Source of the DNA: an uncultured bacterium
GTDB lineage: Bacteria > Acidobacteriota > Thermoanaerobaculia > Multivoradales > JAHZIX01
NCBI GenBank assembly: GCA_965368975.1
Contig: CBDUPA010000011.1
Span: 184,155 to 248,154, forward strand
Direction: 5' to 3'
DNA length: 64,000 nt
Numbering within the stretch: the first letter of the stretch is position 1; the number at the start of each line of letters is the position of its first letter. This document shows positions 25,238-34,304 of this stretch, in pieces. The notes under the pieces were generated by a model. The model saw only the letters and a list, made by a program, of their open reading frames with translations, did no database searches and was not told the DNA's origin. A program made the position numbers and the translations under genes.

Positions 25238-27433
25238 CTACTCCGTGGAGGGGGCGATCAGCTCGAGGTCGTAGGTGGCGGTGCGCGTGGCGTCGCGTAA
25301 TCGAAAGACCTGCAACTCGAGGCGGGTCCCCGGTTCGACGCCAGTGAGTCTGAAGAGGATCTCTGCATGCCCGTCCGATACCGCGTGCAACCGCTCCTGG
25401 CGTTTGTGCTTTGCGTCAACCAGGTCGATGCGATAGGGCTCGCTAGCTTCTTCGACCTTGATGCTCAGAGTCAGTTCGCCCTGACGGACTACGACCGGGA
25501 ACGTGTCATCGAGACTCCTGGTCACTGAAGGCAACGGTAAGTCCGTGCGCTCGAGACCGTATATGGCCATGGCATCGCCGGTGCTCTGGAGCCACCGATG
25601 GCGCAGCTCTCCGAGCTGGTTGTGCTGCCCGATCACCGTGCTCAGCAGGCCGAGGCTGACGGTGAGTAGCACGGCTGCAGCCCAGGCCAGGCGTTGTTGC
25701 CAGGCGCGCGAGCCTTGCGCGGCCGTTTTGCTCGGTGCGGGGAACGGATGGACCGTTGCCGAAGCGCCGACCGCTCGCTCGAGCGCGGCACGGGCTGGCA
25801 GCACGGCGTCGGAAAGCCAGAAGTCAACTTCTGGGTCCGCGTTCGGGACGTCTTCATTGCCGTGGCTCCTGCTGGCCCGCCAACACGCCCGCACGCGCTC
25901 GAGGTGAGCGGGCTCGAGCGTAGCGTAGCGATGTTCAGCCGACAGCGCCTGGGAAGGCACCTGGAGCGCCAGGCCGCAGCGCAGTGTCATCGGGCCGCCT
26001 TCGGAGGCGGGGATGTCGACGTCAGCCGAAGTGAACAAGGGCGCATCGTCAACGGGTACCAGCCACAGAGTCTCCACACCTGCCTCTTCAGCGTGCAGCA
26101 CCAGCCAGTCGACACCGAGGGTGGCCGTCTCGGGGCGTCGTAAGAGGTCGCCGGTCTCCAGTGGGCGCGCAGCCCCCTCTTGGGCATCCCCCTCAGCCAG
26201 AAAGCGCTGGTGTCGAAGGATCGCAGCCCTGTTGAGGTGAGCACTGAGGCTTGCGAGCTTCGTTTCGTCGTCGACCATCGTCGAGCCTTTCTGAGCGGCC
26301 TCGTCGGGAGGTTCGGGTGCCGTGGTCGCTTCGCCACTTTCTTGACACAGGCGGCTGAACTCTCGCAGCTGATCGTACAGGGCTCCCATGGAGTTGCGCG
26401 GAATCCCCAGCTGTTCCGCCAGCGCGCGGCGCGACGGTACCTTCCGCGTCTCTGGATGGCTCGCGTACAGGCTCAGGAACTGCCAGAGCCTCTCTAGGTG
26501 TTCACGCACTTTGGGCTTCAAGTCGGCAGCCGCCAGGTGCTGGTCGACGCAGCGCAGCAGGAACGCGAAGCTTTCACGCTCGGCCAGCGAAGTGTCGGGT
26601 TGCACGCGCCGGACCAGGCGCAGGAGGCCGGGTTCTTCACCCTCCTCGAAGGCGCTCTCGCCCTGCTCGGTGTCGAAGAGAGCGCCCCAACGGTGGCGAA
26701 CGTCCAGCTTGATCGGCTCTATCAGGTCGCGGAAGCGGAACAATGCGACGTGCTGTTGGGGAAGCTGCTGGAACAGGCCGCGAGCCGTTTCCTGCAGTTC
26801 GACCAGGCCACGGCCTTGTGCCGTCAGCAAGTCCGGCAGTAGCTGGTCGTTCCAGGCCGGCACGAGTTCGGTAAGGCGCGCGCGAATCTCTGCCTCTTCT
26901 GCTTCGGTGGGGCCGTCGATCGCAGGGTCGAAACCCACCAGCGTGATGTTGCGCAGGCGCTCGTCACCATCGAGCACGAAGAGTCGACCGGTGTTGATCA
27001 GCTCCAGCGCCGCCTTGCGCAACACACTGAAGACGCGGAAGCCGAGAGGGTCGTGCTTCTTCTGGGTGTCGTGCACGAAGTTGCGCACGTTGCGCCGCAC
27101 CAGGCCTTCCACATTGGCTCCGGCCTGCAACTGGCGCACGAGGTAGGCATAGCGGTCCAAGAAGATGTACCGGAAGCACTCGGCGACCAGTTCCCAGGCC
27201 TCGCTGCGGAAGATGTCCGGAGGTTGCGTCGCTTGCGACCACGAGGAAACCCCGTACACCCCTAAGTATCCCGGTTGCCGGAGCCACAAGCCGCGCCGCC
27301 GGAGCTCCGCTTGGATCAGACGCCAAAGCGCAGTCAGGACAGCCTCGACCCGCTGGTCCGGTGGAGGTTCGTTCGAAACGGCCAAGGCCTCTAAGTAGTC
27401 GGTGAAGTGTCCTTCGCCGGAACCGCGATACAT
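25238..27433 (-). CDS. Hypothetical 731-aa protein: helical N-terminal region with HTH, central domain, one TM helix and a C-terminal beta-rich domain
   Basis: Long ORF ending 3 nt before the ECF start; HTH-like PSRRALAEQLGIPRNSMGALYDQLR; TM LAWAAAVLLTVSLGLL. Confidence 0.7.
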   Translation of the reverse strand: MYRGSGEGHFTDYLEALAVSNEPPPDQRVEAVLTALWRLIQAELRRRGLWLRQPGYLGVYGVSSWSQATQPPDIFRSEAWELVAECFRYIFLDRYAYLVRQLQAGANVEGLVRRNVRNFVHDTQKKHDPLGFRVFSVLRKAALELINTGRLFVLDGDERLRNITLVGFDPAIDGPTEAEEAEIRARLTELVPAWNDQLLPDLLTAQGRGLVELQETARGLFQQLPQQHVALFRFRDLIEPIKLDVRHRWGALFDTEQGESAFEEGEEPGLLRLVRRVQPDTSLAERESFAFLLRCVDQHLAAADLKPKVREHLERLWQFLSLYASHPETRKVPSRRALAEQLGIPRNSMGALYDQLREFSRLCQESGEATTAPEPPDEAAQKGSTMVDDETKLASLSAHLNRAAILRHQRFLAEGDAQEGAARPLETGDLLRRPETATLGVDWLVLHAEEAGVETLWLVPVDDAPLFTSADVDIPASEGGPMTLRCGLALQVPSQALSAEHRYATLEPAHLERVRACWRASRSHGNEDVPNADPEVDFWLSDAVLPARAALERAVGASATVHPFPAPSKTAAQGSRAWQQRLAWAAAVLLTVSLGLLSTVIGQHNQLGELRHRWLQSTGDAMAIYGLERTDLPLPSVTRSLDDTFPVVVRQGELTLSIKVEEASEPYRIDLVDAKHKRQERLHAVSDGHAEILFRLTGVEPGTRLELQVFRLRDATRTATYDLELIAPSTE

Positions 27434-27750
27434 GCGTTTGTGCCCCCGTAGATTAAATCTCAGCTCAGCAATCTTTGGCTTAAGGATTCTAGCAGTCCAC
27501 TCGGTTCCTGTTGGAACCTCGAACGAACATCGTCCCCGTGACCCTTTTTTGATCTTTCCGTGCCACTCGCAGAATGCCGTTTGTTAGTTCTCTACAACGG
27601 GCCGGATCCTGCCCCCGAATTCCCAGCCCACGCTGCTACCCCCCCTGAGTATCGGCCTTTGTGCCGGCCGGACGGCGTGTGCTGAAACGTCGAACAACGG
27701 ATGGTTTGGAGGGGTCGCTCTGTCCATCCGGACACGAAGGAGTCAGGATT

Positions 27751-28839
27751 ATGAAGTTGCGAAACGCAGCTGCTGTTGGATCGATGATTGTTGTCTTGAT
27801 TGGATTGTCGGTGATCGATGTCATGGGTGCGGAGAGTGCCCGAGGAGTTGTGACGGAACACATATCTCTCACGGACGCGAGCTACACCCTCCGGGCCAGT
27901 TCGTCGACCACGTTGATCCTCGAGGCCGAGCGGCGAGAGGTTGTGGTGGTAGAGCTTTCGGGGCGCACACCCGAGACCATCGCGAGACTGCGTGCGGACT
28001 CTCTGCCAGAAGTCGAGGTGCTGGAAGCGTCGCTGGGAAGGTGGCTCGTCGCACTGCCGCAGGCGGGAGACTACGAGCTCCTGGTGGAGGCCTCTGGCCC
28101 GTTCGAGGTTCGAATCGAAGCCTTTCGAGGGCGCACGGTGCAGCCGTGGTTCGCGGAGAGCGCGCTGAACGCACCAGAGTCGCCGACGGCGCTGCCGCCC
28201 ACGGAGCCCGCCGTAGAGCCAACCGTAGAAGAACCCGTCGATGGCTCCCTGGAGCCGACCTCGCCGGACAGTGGAGAGCAGTCGGGTGGTGGCACCAGTG
28301 AAACCTACAATGAGGATCCAGTCACCGTGCGCTGGGTACCGAATCAGCCGGAGGGTCAACCGGGGACGCAGTCTGCGACAGTGCACCTACACAACGTTCT
28401 CGTCGAACTTCCCGAGGCGGGTATTTGGATGCGCGTCGAGCAGCAGGGGGCCTTGCGTTTACCGTTCTCGTCACAGGCCCGTGTCTATGCCCTCTGCGAT
28501 AGCTCGACGTCTCTACTGCATCTGTGTGCGGCACCGATGGTTCAGGGAGGTTCGACGCAAGGAGACTTGCGCCCTGCAGACGAGCGGCGCCTCCACGCGT
28601 TCACGCTCGCGGCGCCTGCTCATATCGTCCTGGAAGGTACCGGAGAACCGGATCTGCGCGGCCGTCTGTACGAGGCCACCGGTCGCATGCTGGCGATGGA
28701 CGACGATGGCGGACCCGCGCTCGGCTTCCGTTTCGAGCGTCAGCTACCCGCGGGACGCTATGTGCTGGAGGTTGATGCCGTAGCTGGCGGGGTCGGTCGC
28801 TACACACTTCACTTGGAGACGACCGACACTCAGCCGTAA
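27751..28839 (+). CDS. Secreted protein with Pro/Glu-rich linker and C-terminal PPC-like (pre-peptidase C-terminal) domain
   Basis: RBS GAAGGAG; signal-like N terminus; DLRGRLY..G..LA.DDDGG..GF.....L.AG.Y.LEV. Confidence 0.65.
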   Translation: MKLRNAAAVGSMIVVLIGLSVIDVMGAESARGVVTEHISLTDASYTLRASSSTTLILEAERREVVVVELSGRTPETIARLRADSLPEVEVLEASLGRWLVALPQAGDYELLVEASGPFEVRIEAFRGRTVQPWFAESALNAPESPTALPPTEPAVEPTVEEPVDGSLEPTSPDSGEQSGGGTSETYNEDPVTVRWVPNQPEGQPGTQSATVHLHNVLVELPEAGIWMRVEQQGALRLPFSSQARVYALCDSSTSLLHLCAAPMVQGGSTQGDLRPADERRLHAFTLAAPAHIVLEGTGEPDLRGRLYEATGRMLAMDDDGGPALGFRFERQLPAGRYVLEVDAVAGGVGRYTLHLETTDTQP

Positions 28840-28878
28840 GCGCCACAGTGGCGCCTGGAGCCGATAGAGTCGGCCGTC

Positions 28879-29808
28879 ATGACGACGGTCGACCCTTCCG
28901 CCACCGACGATTCCCCTGCCGGCACTACCGGTGAGCCGCGACCCTCAGCGTCCGGAGCGCAGCAACTGCGCTATTGGACCTGGGGGTTGCCGCTCTTCGC
29001 TGTCGTCTGGCTACTCGGCTATCTCTGGTGGTTTCCGGATCCCGTTGCCCTGGCCCAGCAGAATTGGCCCCTGATCCTCGTCGGCTTCGTGGGTGCCCTG
29101 CTGGGCAACGCGACGGCGGTTGGCGGTGGCTTGGTCTTTGTACCGGTGATGATCTTGGTCTATCACCTGGGGGCCGTGCCGGCGCTCAAGCTGGCGCTGG
29201 CGAGCCAGGCGTTCGGCATGACCAGCGGTGCCTTCGGCTGGCTGCGCCGAGGGGTCGTCCCCTTTGGCCTGGTTCGCCTGACCTTGCTACCAACGCTGGT
29301 TGGCTGCACGTTCGGGACGGTGGTGGTGCAGCCGAGTTCCCTTCTCGTCAAGGGACTGTTCGGCCCGACCTCGATCCTGGTCGGCCTCTCGATGCTGTGG
29401 TTGCTGCGGCACAGCTTCAATGCCGACGACATTCCGCGTCAGGCACGGTTGTCCACGGCACTGGTCGCGGTGCTGGGCGGCGTGCTGACCGCCTGGGTCG
29501 CGGTCGGCATCGGGGAGGTCATCGCGGCCTACCTGATGCTGCGCTACCGGCTGCGTCCGGACCGCGCGATCGGGTTGGGTGTCGTTCTGCTGGCGGTCAG
29601 CTCCATCTATCTGACCCTGTTGCACCAACTGCTCGCGGGCGACATCCCTTGGGATCTGGCGGTATTCACGATCCTGGGCTGTGTTTTCGGTGCACGCCTG
29701 GGGCCCTACCTGAGTCAATGGGTGAGCCCCAAGCGCCTGAAGTTGACCTTCGCGGCCATCGCCATCGTTGATGGCGGGATCTTCCTGGTGCAGTTCCTGC
29801 TGCGCTAG
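28879..29808 (+). CDS. Sulfite exporter TauE/SafE (TSUP) family membrane protein
   Basis: VGGGLVFVP, QAFGMTSG, VGIGE, GA.LG; multiple TM segments. Confidence 0.8.
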   Translation: MTTVDPSATDDSPAGTTGEPRPSASGAQQLRYWTWGLPLFAVVWLLGYLWWFPDPVALAQQNWPLILVGFVGALLGNATAVGGGLVFVPVMILVYHLGAVPALKLALASQAFGMTSGAFGWLRRGVVPFGLVRLTLLPTLVGCTFGTVVVQPSSLLVKGLFGPTSILVGLSMLWLLRHSFNADDIPRQARLSTALVAVLGGVLTAWVAVGIGEVIAAYLMLRYRLRPDRAIGLGVVLLAVSSIYLTLLHQLLAGDIPWDLAVFTILGCVFGARLGPYLSQWVSPKRLKLTFAAIAIVDGGIFLVQFLLR

Positions 29809-30602
29809 CGGACGATGACCGTGACCGTGTCGAGACCAGTGTTGCCGTTCTCCGCCTGGTAGGCGTAGACGGTGACCTCGTAGACACCACCCTCGCTGGC
29901 TTGCAGCTGGCCGCTGAACTGGCTAGCGCTGCCGGCATAGGTGAGATCGAAGTCGAGAGCGGGCTTGCGCTCGCCATTGTGCTTGACGCGGGCACGCACC
30001 TCGAAGGTCTCGGTGTCCCACAGCCCACCCGGTGTCAGCGGGCAGCCGCACATCATCGTGACGTTGGCGTCGACCTGCAGCATCAGCGGACCTTCTTCGG
30101 TACTGGACGTCGCGTGCACCGAGTGAGCCGCGGGTGCCAGTACGTCGACAACCAGGCCTGGTAGTTCGAGCAGGAAGCCGTCGCCGCCGTTGATCGGTTT
30201 GCCCGGCACCACCCACTGCGTCGCACTGACGGTCACCGCCGCCTGACGTTGCCCGAGCGGACCGAAGGCGGTGACTTCGAGGTGCACCGGGTCGTCGATG
30301 TCCAGGGTGGCAGTGAACTGGGCCGAGCCCTCTGTCGCACGCACACCGTGGCGGTCGTGACGGTCGATCATGATGCGTTGGGTGTTGCCGGTGGCGCCGG
30401 CGGTGACGCCCTCGGCCAGCAATTCACCCGTGTCCGCGTTGCGCAGGGTGATGAGCACACCGCCCATCGACGTGCCGACGAACTTGGCACCCTTGCTGAG
30501 CACACGCACCGTGACATCGGTGGGTTCGGCCAGGGAAGGAGTTGTCAGGGTGGGTACAGTGAGCAGGAGCACGAGGCTCCCGAGTAGAAATCTGCGTAGC
30601 AT
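29805..30602 (-). CDS. Hypothetical secreted protein (MMCGCP motif)
   Basis: Signal peptide MLRRFLLGSLVLLL..SLA; AKFVGTSMGG and MMCGCPLTPGGLW; RBS GAGGAG. Confidence 0.7.
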   Translation of the reverse strand: MLRRFLLGSLVLLLTVPTLTTPSLAEPTDVTVRVLSKGAKFVGTSMGGVLITLRNADTGELLAEGVTAGATGNTQRIMIDRHDRHGVRATEGSAQFTATLDIDDPVHLEVTAFGPLGQRQAAVTVSATQWVVPGKPINGGDGFLLELPGLVVDVLAPAAHSVHATSSTEEGPLMLQVDANVTMMCGCPLTPGGLWDTETFEVRARVKHNGERKPALDFDLTYAGSASQFSGQLQASEGGVYEVTVYAYQAENGNTGLDTVTVIVR

Positions 30603-30661
30603 GGTGAGTTCTCCTCGGAGTGGTTCAGACGGCTCGATACAGCCAGGTGGATACAGCCAGG

Positions 30662-31630
30662 TCAATGTAGCCAGGGAAGGTGCCCCAGGTCGACGTTGCC
30701 GCCGGACAAGATGATACCCACACGCTTGCCGTGCACGTCCAGTTTGCCCGCGAACACAGCCGCCAACGGCACCGCGGCGGAACTCTCGATCACCAGCTTC
30801 ATCCGCTCCCAGAGCAGCCTCATGGCAGCCACCACCGCGTCGTCATCAATGGTGACAATGCCGCTGACGTGACGGCGGGCGATGCCGAAGGTCAGCTCGC
30901 TCATCGAGGTCCGTAAGCCATCGCAGATCGTGTCGACCTGTTCATTGCCGACCCGCCGGTTCAGCTGCCACGAGCGGTAGGCGTCGTCGGCACCTTCGGG
31001 CTCCGTGCCCCACACCTCGGTATGCGCAGACAGGTAGTAGCAGCCGAGCGCGGTGCCGCTGAGCAGGCCGCCGCCGCCGACCGGTGCCAGCACCAGATCG
31101 AGGTCGTCGACTTGGTCGAGCAGTTCTTGGACAGCAGTGGATTGACCAGCGATGATGCGCGGATCGTCGAAGGGGTGCACCAGGGTACCGCCAGTTTCCT
31201 CCACCGCTGCCGCCGCTGCGGCTTCACGCGCTTGCTGCGTCGGTTCGCACAGCCGGACTTCCGCCCCATAACCACGAACGGCGTCCAGCTTGACGCGCGG
31301 TGCGTCGCTCGGCATCACGATCACCGCCCGTGTGCCGCACGCTGCCGCGGCGCACGCCAGGGCCTGCGCGTGGTTGCCCGACGAGTGGGTCACCACGCCG
31401 CGCTCCAAGGCCTCAGTGGGCAAGGAGCGCACGGCATTGGTGGCGCCGCGGTACTTGAAGGCACCCACCTTCTGCAGGTTCTCGCACTTGAAGAACAGGC
31501 GCGCACCGGTGAGGTCGTCGAAGGTGGAGCAGGTGAGCACCGGCGTCCGGTGCACGTGCCCCTCCACCCGCTGCCGGGCTGCCAGCAGGTCGTCGCGCGA
31601 AGGTACGGAAGGGGTCGCGATCGTCGCCAT
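30662..31630 (-). CDS. PLP-dependent serine racemase / threonine dehydratase family protein
   Basis: FKCENLQKVGAFKYRGA, HSSGNHAQA, PVGGGGL, LSGGN. Confidence 0.92.
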   Translation of the reverse strand: MATIATPSVPSRDDLLAARQRVEGHVHRTPVLTCSTFDDLTGARLFFKCENLQKVGAFKYRGATNAVRSLPTEALERGVVTHSSGNHAQALACAAAACGTRAVIVMPSDAPRVKLDAVRGYGAEVRLCEPTQQAREAAAAAAVEETGGTLVHPFDDPRIIAGQSTAVQELLDQVDDLDLVLAPVGGGGLLSGTALGCYYLSAHTEVWGTEPEGADDAYRSWQLNRRVGNEQVDTICDGLRTSMSELTFGIARRHVSGIVTIDDDAVVAAMRLLWERMKLVIESSAAVPLAAVFAGKLDVHGKRVGIILSGGNVDLGHLPWLH

Positions 31631-32424
31631 CAGTTGACCCATGGTCCCTGTCGCAGGTTGTCGTCGTCTCCACCTCCGGGCCAGCGCCGTGGTCCAGTGG
31701 AGCCGGAGTGCCGTCGATCCTGCAGGCTTCGTAGCTTCCCCTGGTAGACGCGGTACTTCAAACGTAGCCAGCCACGCTTGAGTTCCTGCAAGGGACCGCC
31801 CGGCTGCAGTGACGCATAGGTGAAGCCCACCGCTGCACACACCCCCAGGAAACCGGCGAAGTCCTTGCTGGAGAGGAACGCGAGGAAAGCGAAGAGAATC
31901 TCGAGCCACAGGAACCAGCGGGCCTTCACCGGCAGCACGAAGAACAGGTAGATCGTCGCATGCTGGTGCAGGGTCGCGAAGGCGGCGATCAGGATCACCA
32001 GCAGCGTGTGCTGCCCCTGCAGGATGAGGAAGGGCGGTAACAGTGGGGGCAGATGCGGGTTGGATCCCAGGCCCACAAGGTAGCCGAGGACGGCAACGGC
32101 TCCCGCGACCAGGGCCGCCGAGCTCAGCAGCCGCCAGAAACGGCGCCGACCGAGGGCCCAGAACACGTCGCGGCTGAACCAGAAGAGGATCAACAAGTTG
32201 AACAGGAACCACAGGTCTGGACTGCCGAAGCCGATGAAGGGGTAGGTGATCAGCTGCCACAGCTGGCCGTGCTCGACGACCCCCGGCGTCAAGCGTAGCC
32301 AGTAGAGAAGCTGCGCTGTGGCGTCGAAGAACTGCATTGAGAAGGTCGCGAAGACCACGGCCAGCAGCACCCAGATATCGAGGCTCAGGGGGGCTTCGCT
32401 GCCGAAGCTGATCGTGCGCATCAT
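31630..32424 (-). CDS. Rhomboid-like intramembrane protein
   Basis: L.LTP..V..GQLWQLITYPF, LFNLL.L.WF, I.LFFVLPVKARW; catalytic GxSG not evident. Confidence 0.65.
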   Translation of the reverse strand: MMRTISFGSEAPLSLDIWVLLAVVFATFSMQFFDATAQLLYWLRLTPGVVEHGQLWQLITYPFIGFGSPDLWFLFNLLILFWFSRDVFWALGRRRFWRLLSSAALVAGAVAVLGYLVGLGSNPHLPPLLPPFLILQGQHTLLVILIAAFATLHQHATIYLFFVLPVKARWFLWLEILFAFLAFLSSKDFAGFLGVCAAVGFTYASLQPGGPLQELKRGWLRLKYRVYQGKLRSLQDRRHSGSTGPRRWPGGGDDDNLRQGPWVN

Positions 32425-32555
32425 GCGGGGTTCACGGCTATACATCACGGTTGCATTCTACCCCGGCGCCGTCGTCTCCGCGCTGCTCGGACCCGCGTCG
32501 TGTCCAAGGGCGCTCTTGCAGATCGGGCCGTCATCCCTTAGCGTGTGGAGCCATC

Positions 32556-33806
32556 ATGGAAAACAACGCGACGCTACCCTGGTATCAGCAACTTCACTGG
32601 CAGATTTTCATCGCGATGGCTCTGGGCATCATCGCGGGCGTCGCTGGTGGCGAGTGGATCGTGCCCAAGGTGTCCTGGTTGGGCACGCTGTTCGTGACCT
32701 TGCTCAAGATGATCATCGTGCCGCTGGTCTTCACCTCGATCATCACGGGCGTGGCATCGGTCGGCGGCGGTCGTGGCGTCGGACGCCTGTTCAGCAAGAC
32801 GATCGGCTACTACGTGCTCACCAGCACGCTAGCAATCCTGGTGGGGCTGCTTCTGGTCAACGTCATTCGCCCGGGTGAAGGCGCGGACATCGTCAACGCG
32901 AAGAGTGCTGAGCTGCCCGACCTGCAGCAACCTAGCTCGGTGGCGGACCTCTTGCTTTCCATGGTGCCCGAGAACGTCCTCGCCGCCGCCGCCAAGCCGG
33001 ACATGCTATCCCTGATCGTCTTCTGCATCCTCTTCGGCATCGCCATCGCCGGCCTACCGCGCCGTCCGAGACGTGTCCTCTTGCACGTCTTCGACGCCGC
33101 CTTCAAGGCCATGATGCGCTTGACCCAGGGAGTGATCCGCGTCGCTCCGATCGGAGTCTTCGGCCTGATCACCACCGCCGTTGGTACTTCGGGGATCGAA
33201 GTCTTCAAGCCGATGGCCGTCTACATGGTGACGATCGCCTTGGGCTTGGCCATCCACGTCCTGGTGACGCTGCCGCTCCTGCTCTATTTCCTCGGCGGCA
33301 TCAACCCGCGCATTCACTTCCGCAACATGATCGAGCCGCTGACCATGGCCTTCTCCACGTCGTCCTCCGGCGCCACGCTGCCCGTGACCATGCGCGCGGT
33401 CGAGGAGAAAGCCGGTGTCTCGAACCGGGTGTCGTCCTTCGTGCTGCCCATGGGCGCCACCGTCAACATGGACGGCACTGCCCTCTACGAATGCGCCGGC
33501 GTCCTGTTCATCGCCCAAGCCATCGGCTTCCAGCTCGACTTCACCGCCCAGCTCACCGTCGTCATCACCGCCCTCCTGGCTTCGATCGGTGCCGCCGCGG
33601 TTCCGTCTGCCGGCTTGGTGATCATCTTCCTGGTGCTCGAAGCCGTCGGCATGCGCGGCGACCAGGTCACCGCCATGGTCGGCCTCATGCTCGCCGTCGA
33701 TCGCCCGCTCGACATGCTGCGCACCGCCACGAATGTCTTCAGTGACTCCTGTGGTGCCGCGATCATCGCGCGGTCAGAGGGGGAGAAGGACGTCGACGCG
33801 GAGTAG
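32556..33806 (+). CDS. Dicarboxylate/amino acid:cation symporter (DAACS, GltP/GltT-like)
   Basis: LKMIIVPLVF, AFSTSSSGATLP, LPMGATVNMDGTA, AVDR.LDM.RT..NV..D. Confidence 0.93.
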   Translation: MENNATLPWYQQLHWQIFIAMALGIIAGVAGGEWIVPKVSWLGTLFVTLLKMIIVPLVFTSIITGVASVGGGRGVGRLFSKTIGYYVLTSTLAILVGLLLVNVIRPGEGADIVNAKSAELPDLQQPSSVADLLLSMVPENVLAAAAKPDMLSLIVFCILFGIAIAGLPRRPRRVLLHVFDAAFKAMMRLTQGVIRVAPIGVFGLITTAVGTSGIEVFKPMAVYMVTIALGLAIHVLVTLPLLLYFLGGINPRIHFRNMIEPLTMAFSTSSSGATLPVTMRAVEEKAGVSNRVSSFVLPMGATVNMDGTALYECAGVLFIAQAIGFQLDFTAQLTVVITALLASIGAAAVPSAGLVIIFLVLEAVGMRGDQVTAMVGLMLAVDRPLDMLRTATNVFSDSCGAAIIARSEGEKDVDAE

Positions 33807-33857
33807 ATGTAGACAAAGATTCGCTCTCGACAATCGTCAGACTTACAAGAGGTAGAC

Positions 33858-34304
33858 ATGATGCTCAAGCGTTCTTGGTTACTGCTTCCGCGCGCTGCCT
33901 TGCTACTGTTACTTCTAGTCAGCTTGCCTGCATGGGCTGTCTCCTATCCTCAAGGTTGCACAGGAACAGGTAGTCATGGTTCAGGTGCATCTCCTCAAAC
34001 CGAAGATTCCGACAACGATGGTGGGAAGGACCGGTGTCATGGAAAGGCAGGCGATGAAGGCACTTGTCTGAAGTCGGAGTCTGGGTACTCACTGGTTGTG
34101 ACTTGCTTCTCCACGGTGGAAACAGGAACTCTCCGCGAGGCCTGTTCTGCACAGACGACCTGCCCTCGAGGGTCCATTGGGTGCGGCAACGGCACGGTCA
34201 AAGAGGCATGGGCTGGCTACGTGTACGACAATGGAGGGAACATCATCAAGAGCTATGTACAGTGTCGAGATGCGAGTGGTGTCGTGAGTGCGACGGATTG
34301 CTGA
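33858..34304 (+). CDS. Small secreted Cys-rich protein (148 aa, 9 Cys)
   Basis: RBS AGAGGT; signal peptide ending AWA; Gly/Cys/Thr-rich mature part. Confidence 0.7.
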   Translation: MMLKRSWLLLPRAALLLLLLVSLPAWAVSYPQGCTGTGSHGSGASPQTEDSDNDGGKDRCHGKAGDEGTCLKSESGYSLVVTCFSTVETGTLREACSAQTTCPRGSIGCGNGTVKEAWAGYVYDNGGNIIKSYVQCRDASGVVSATDC

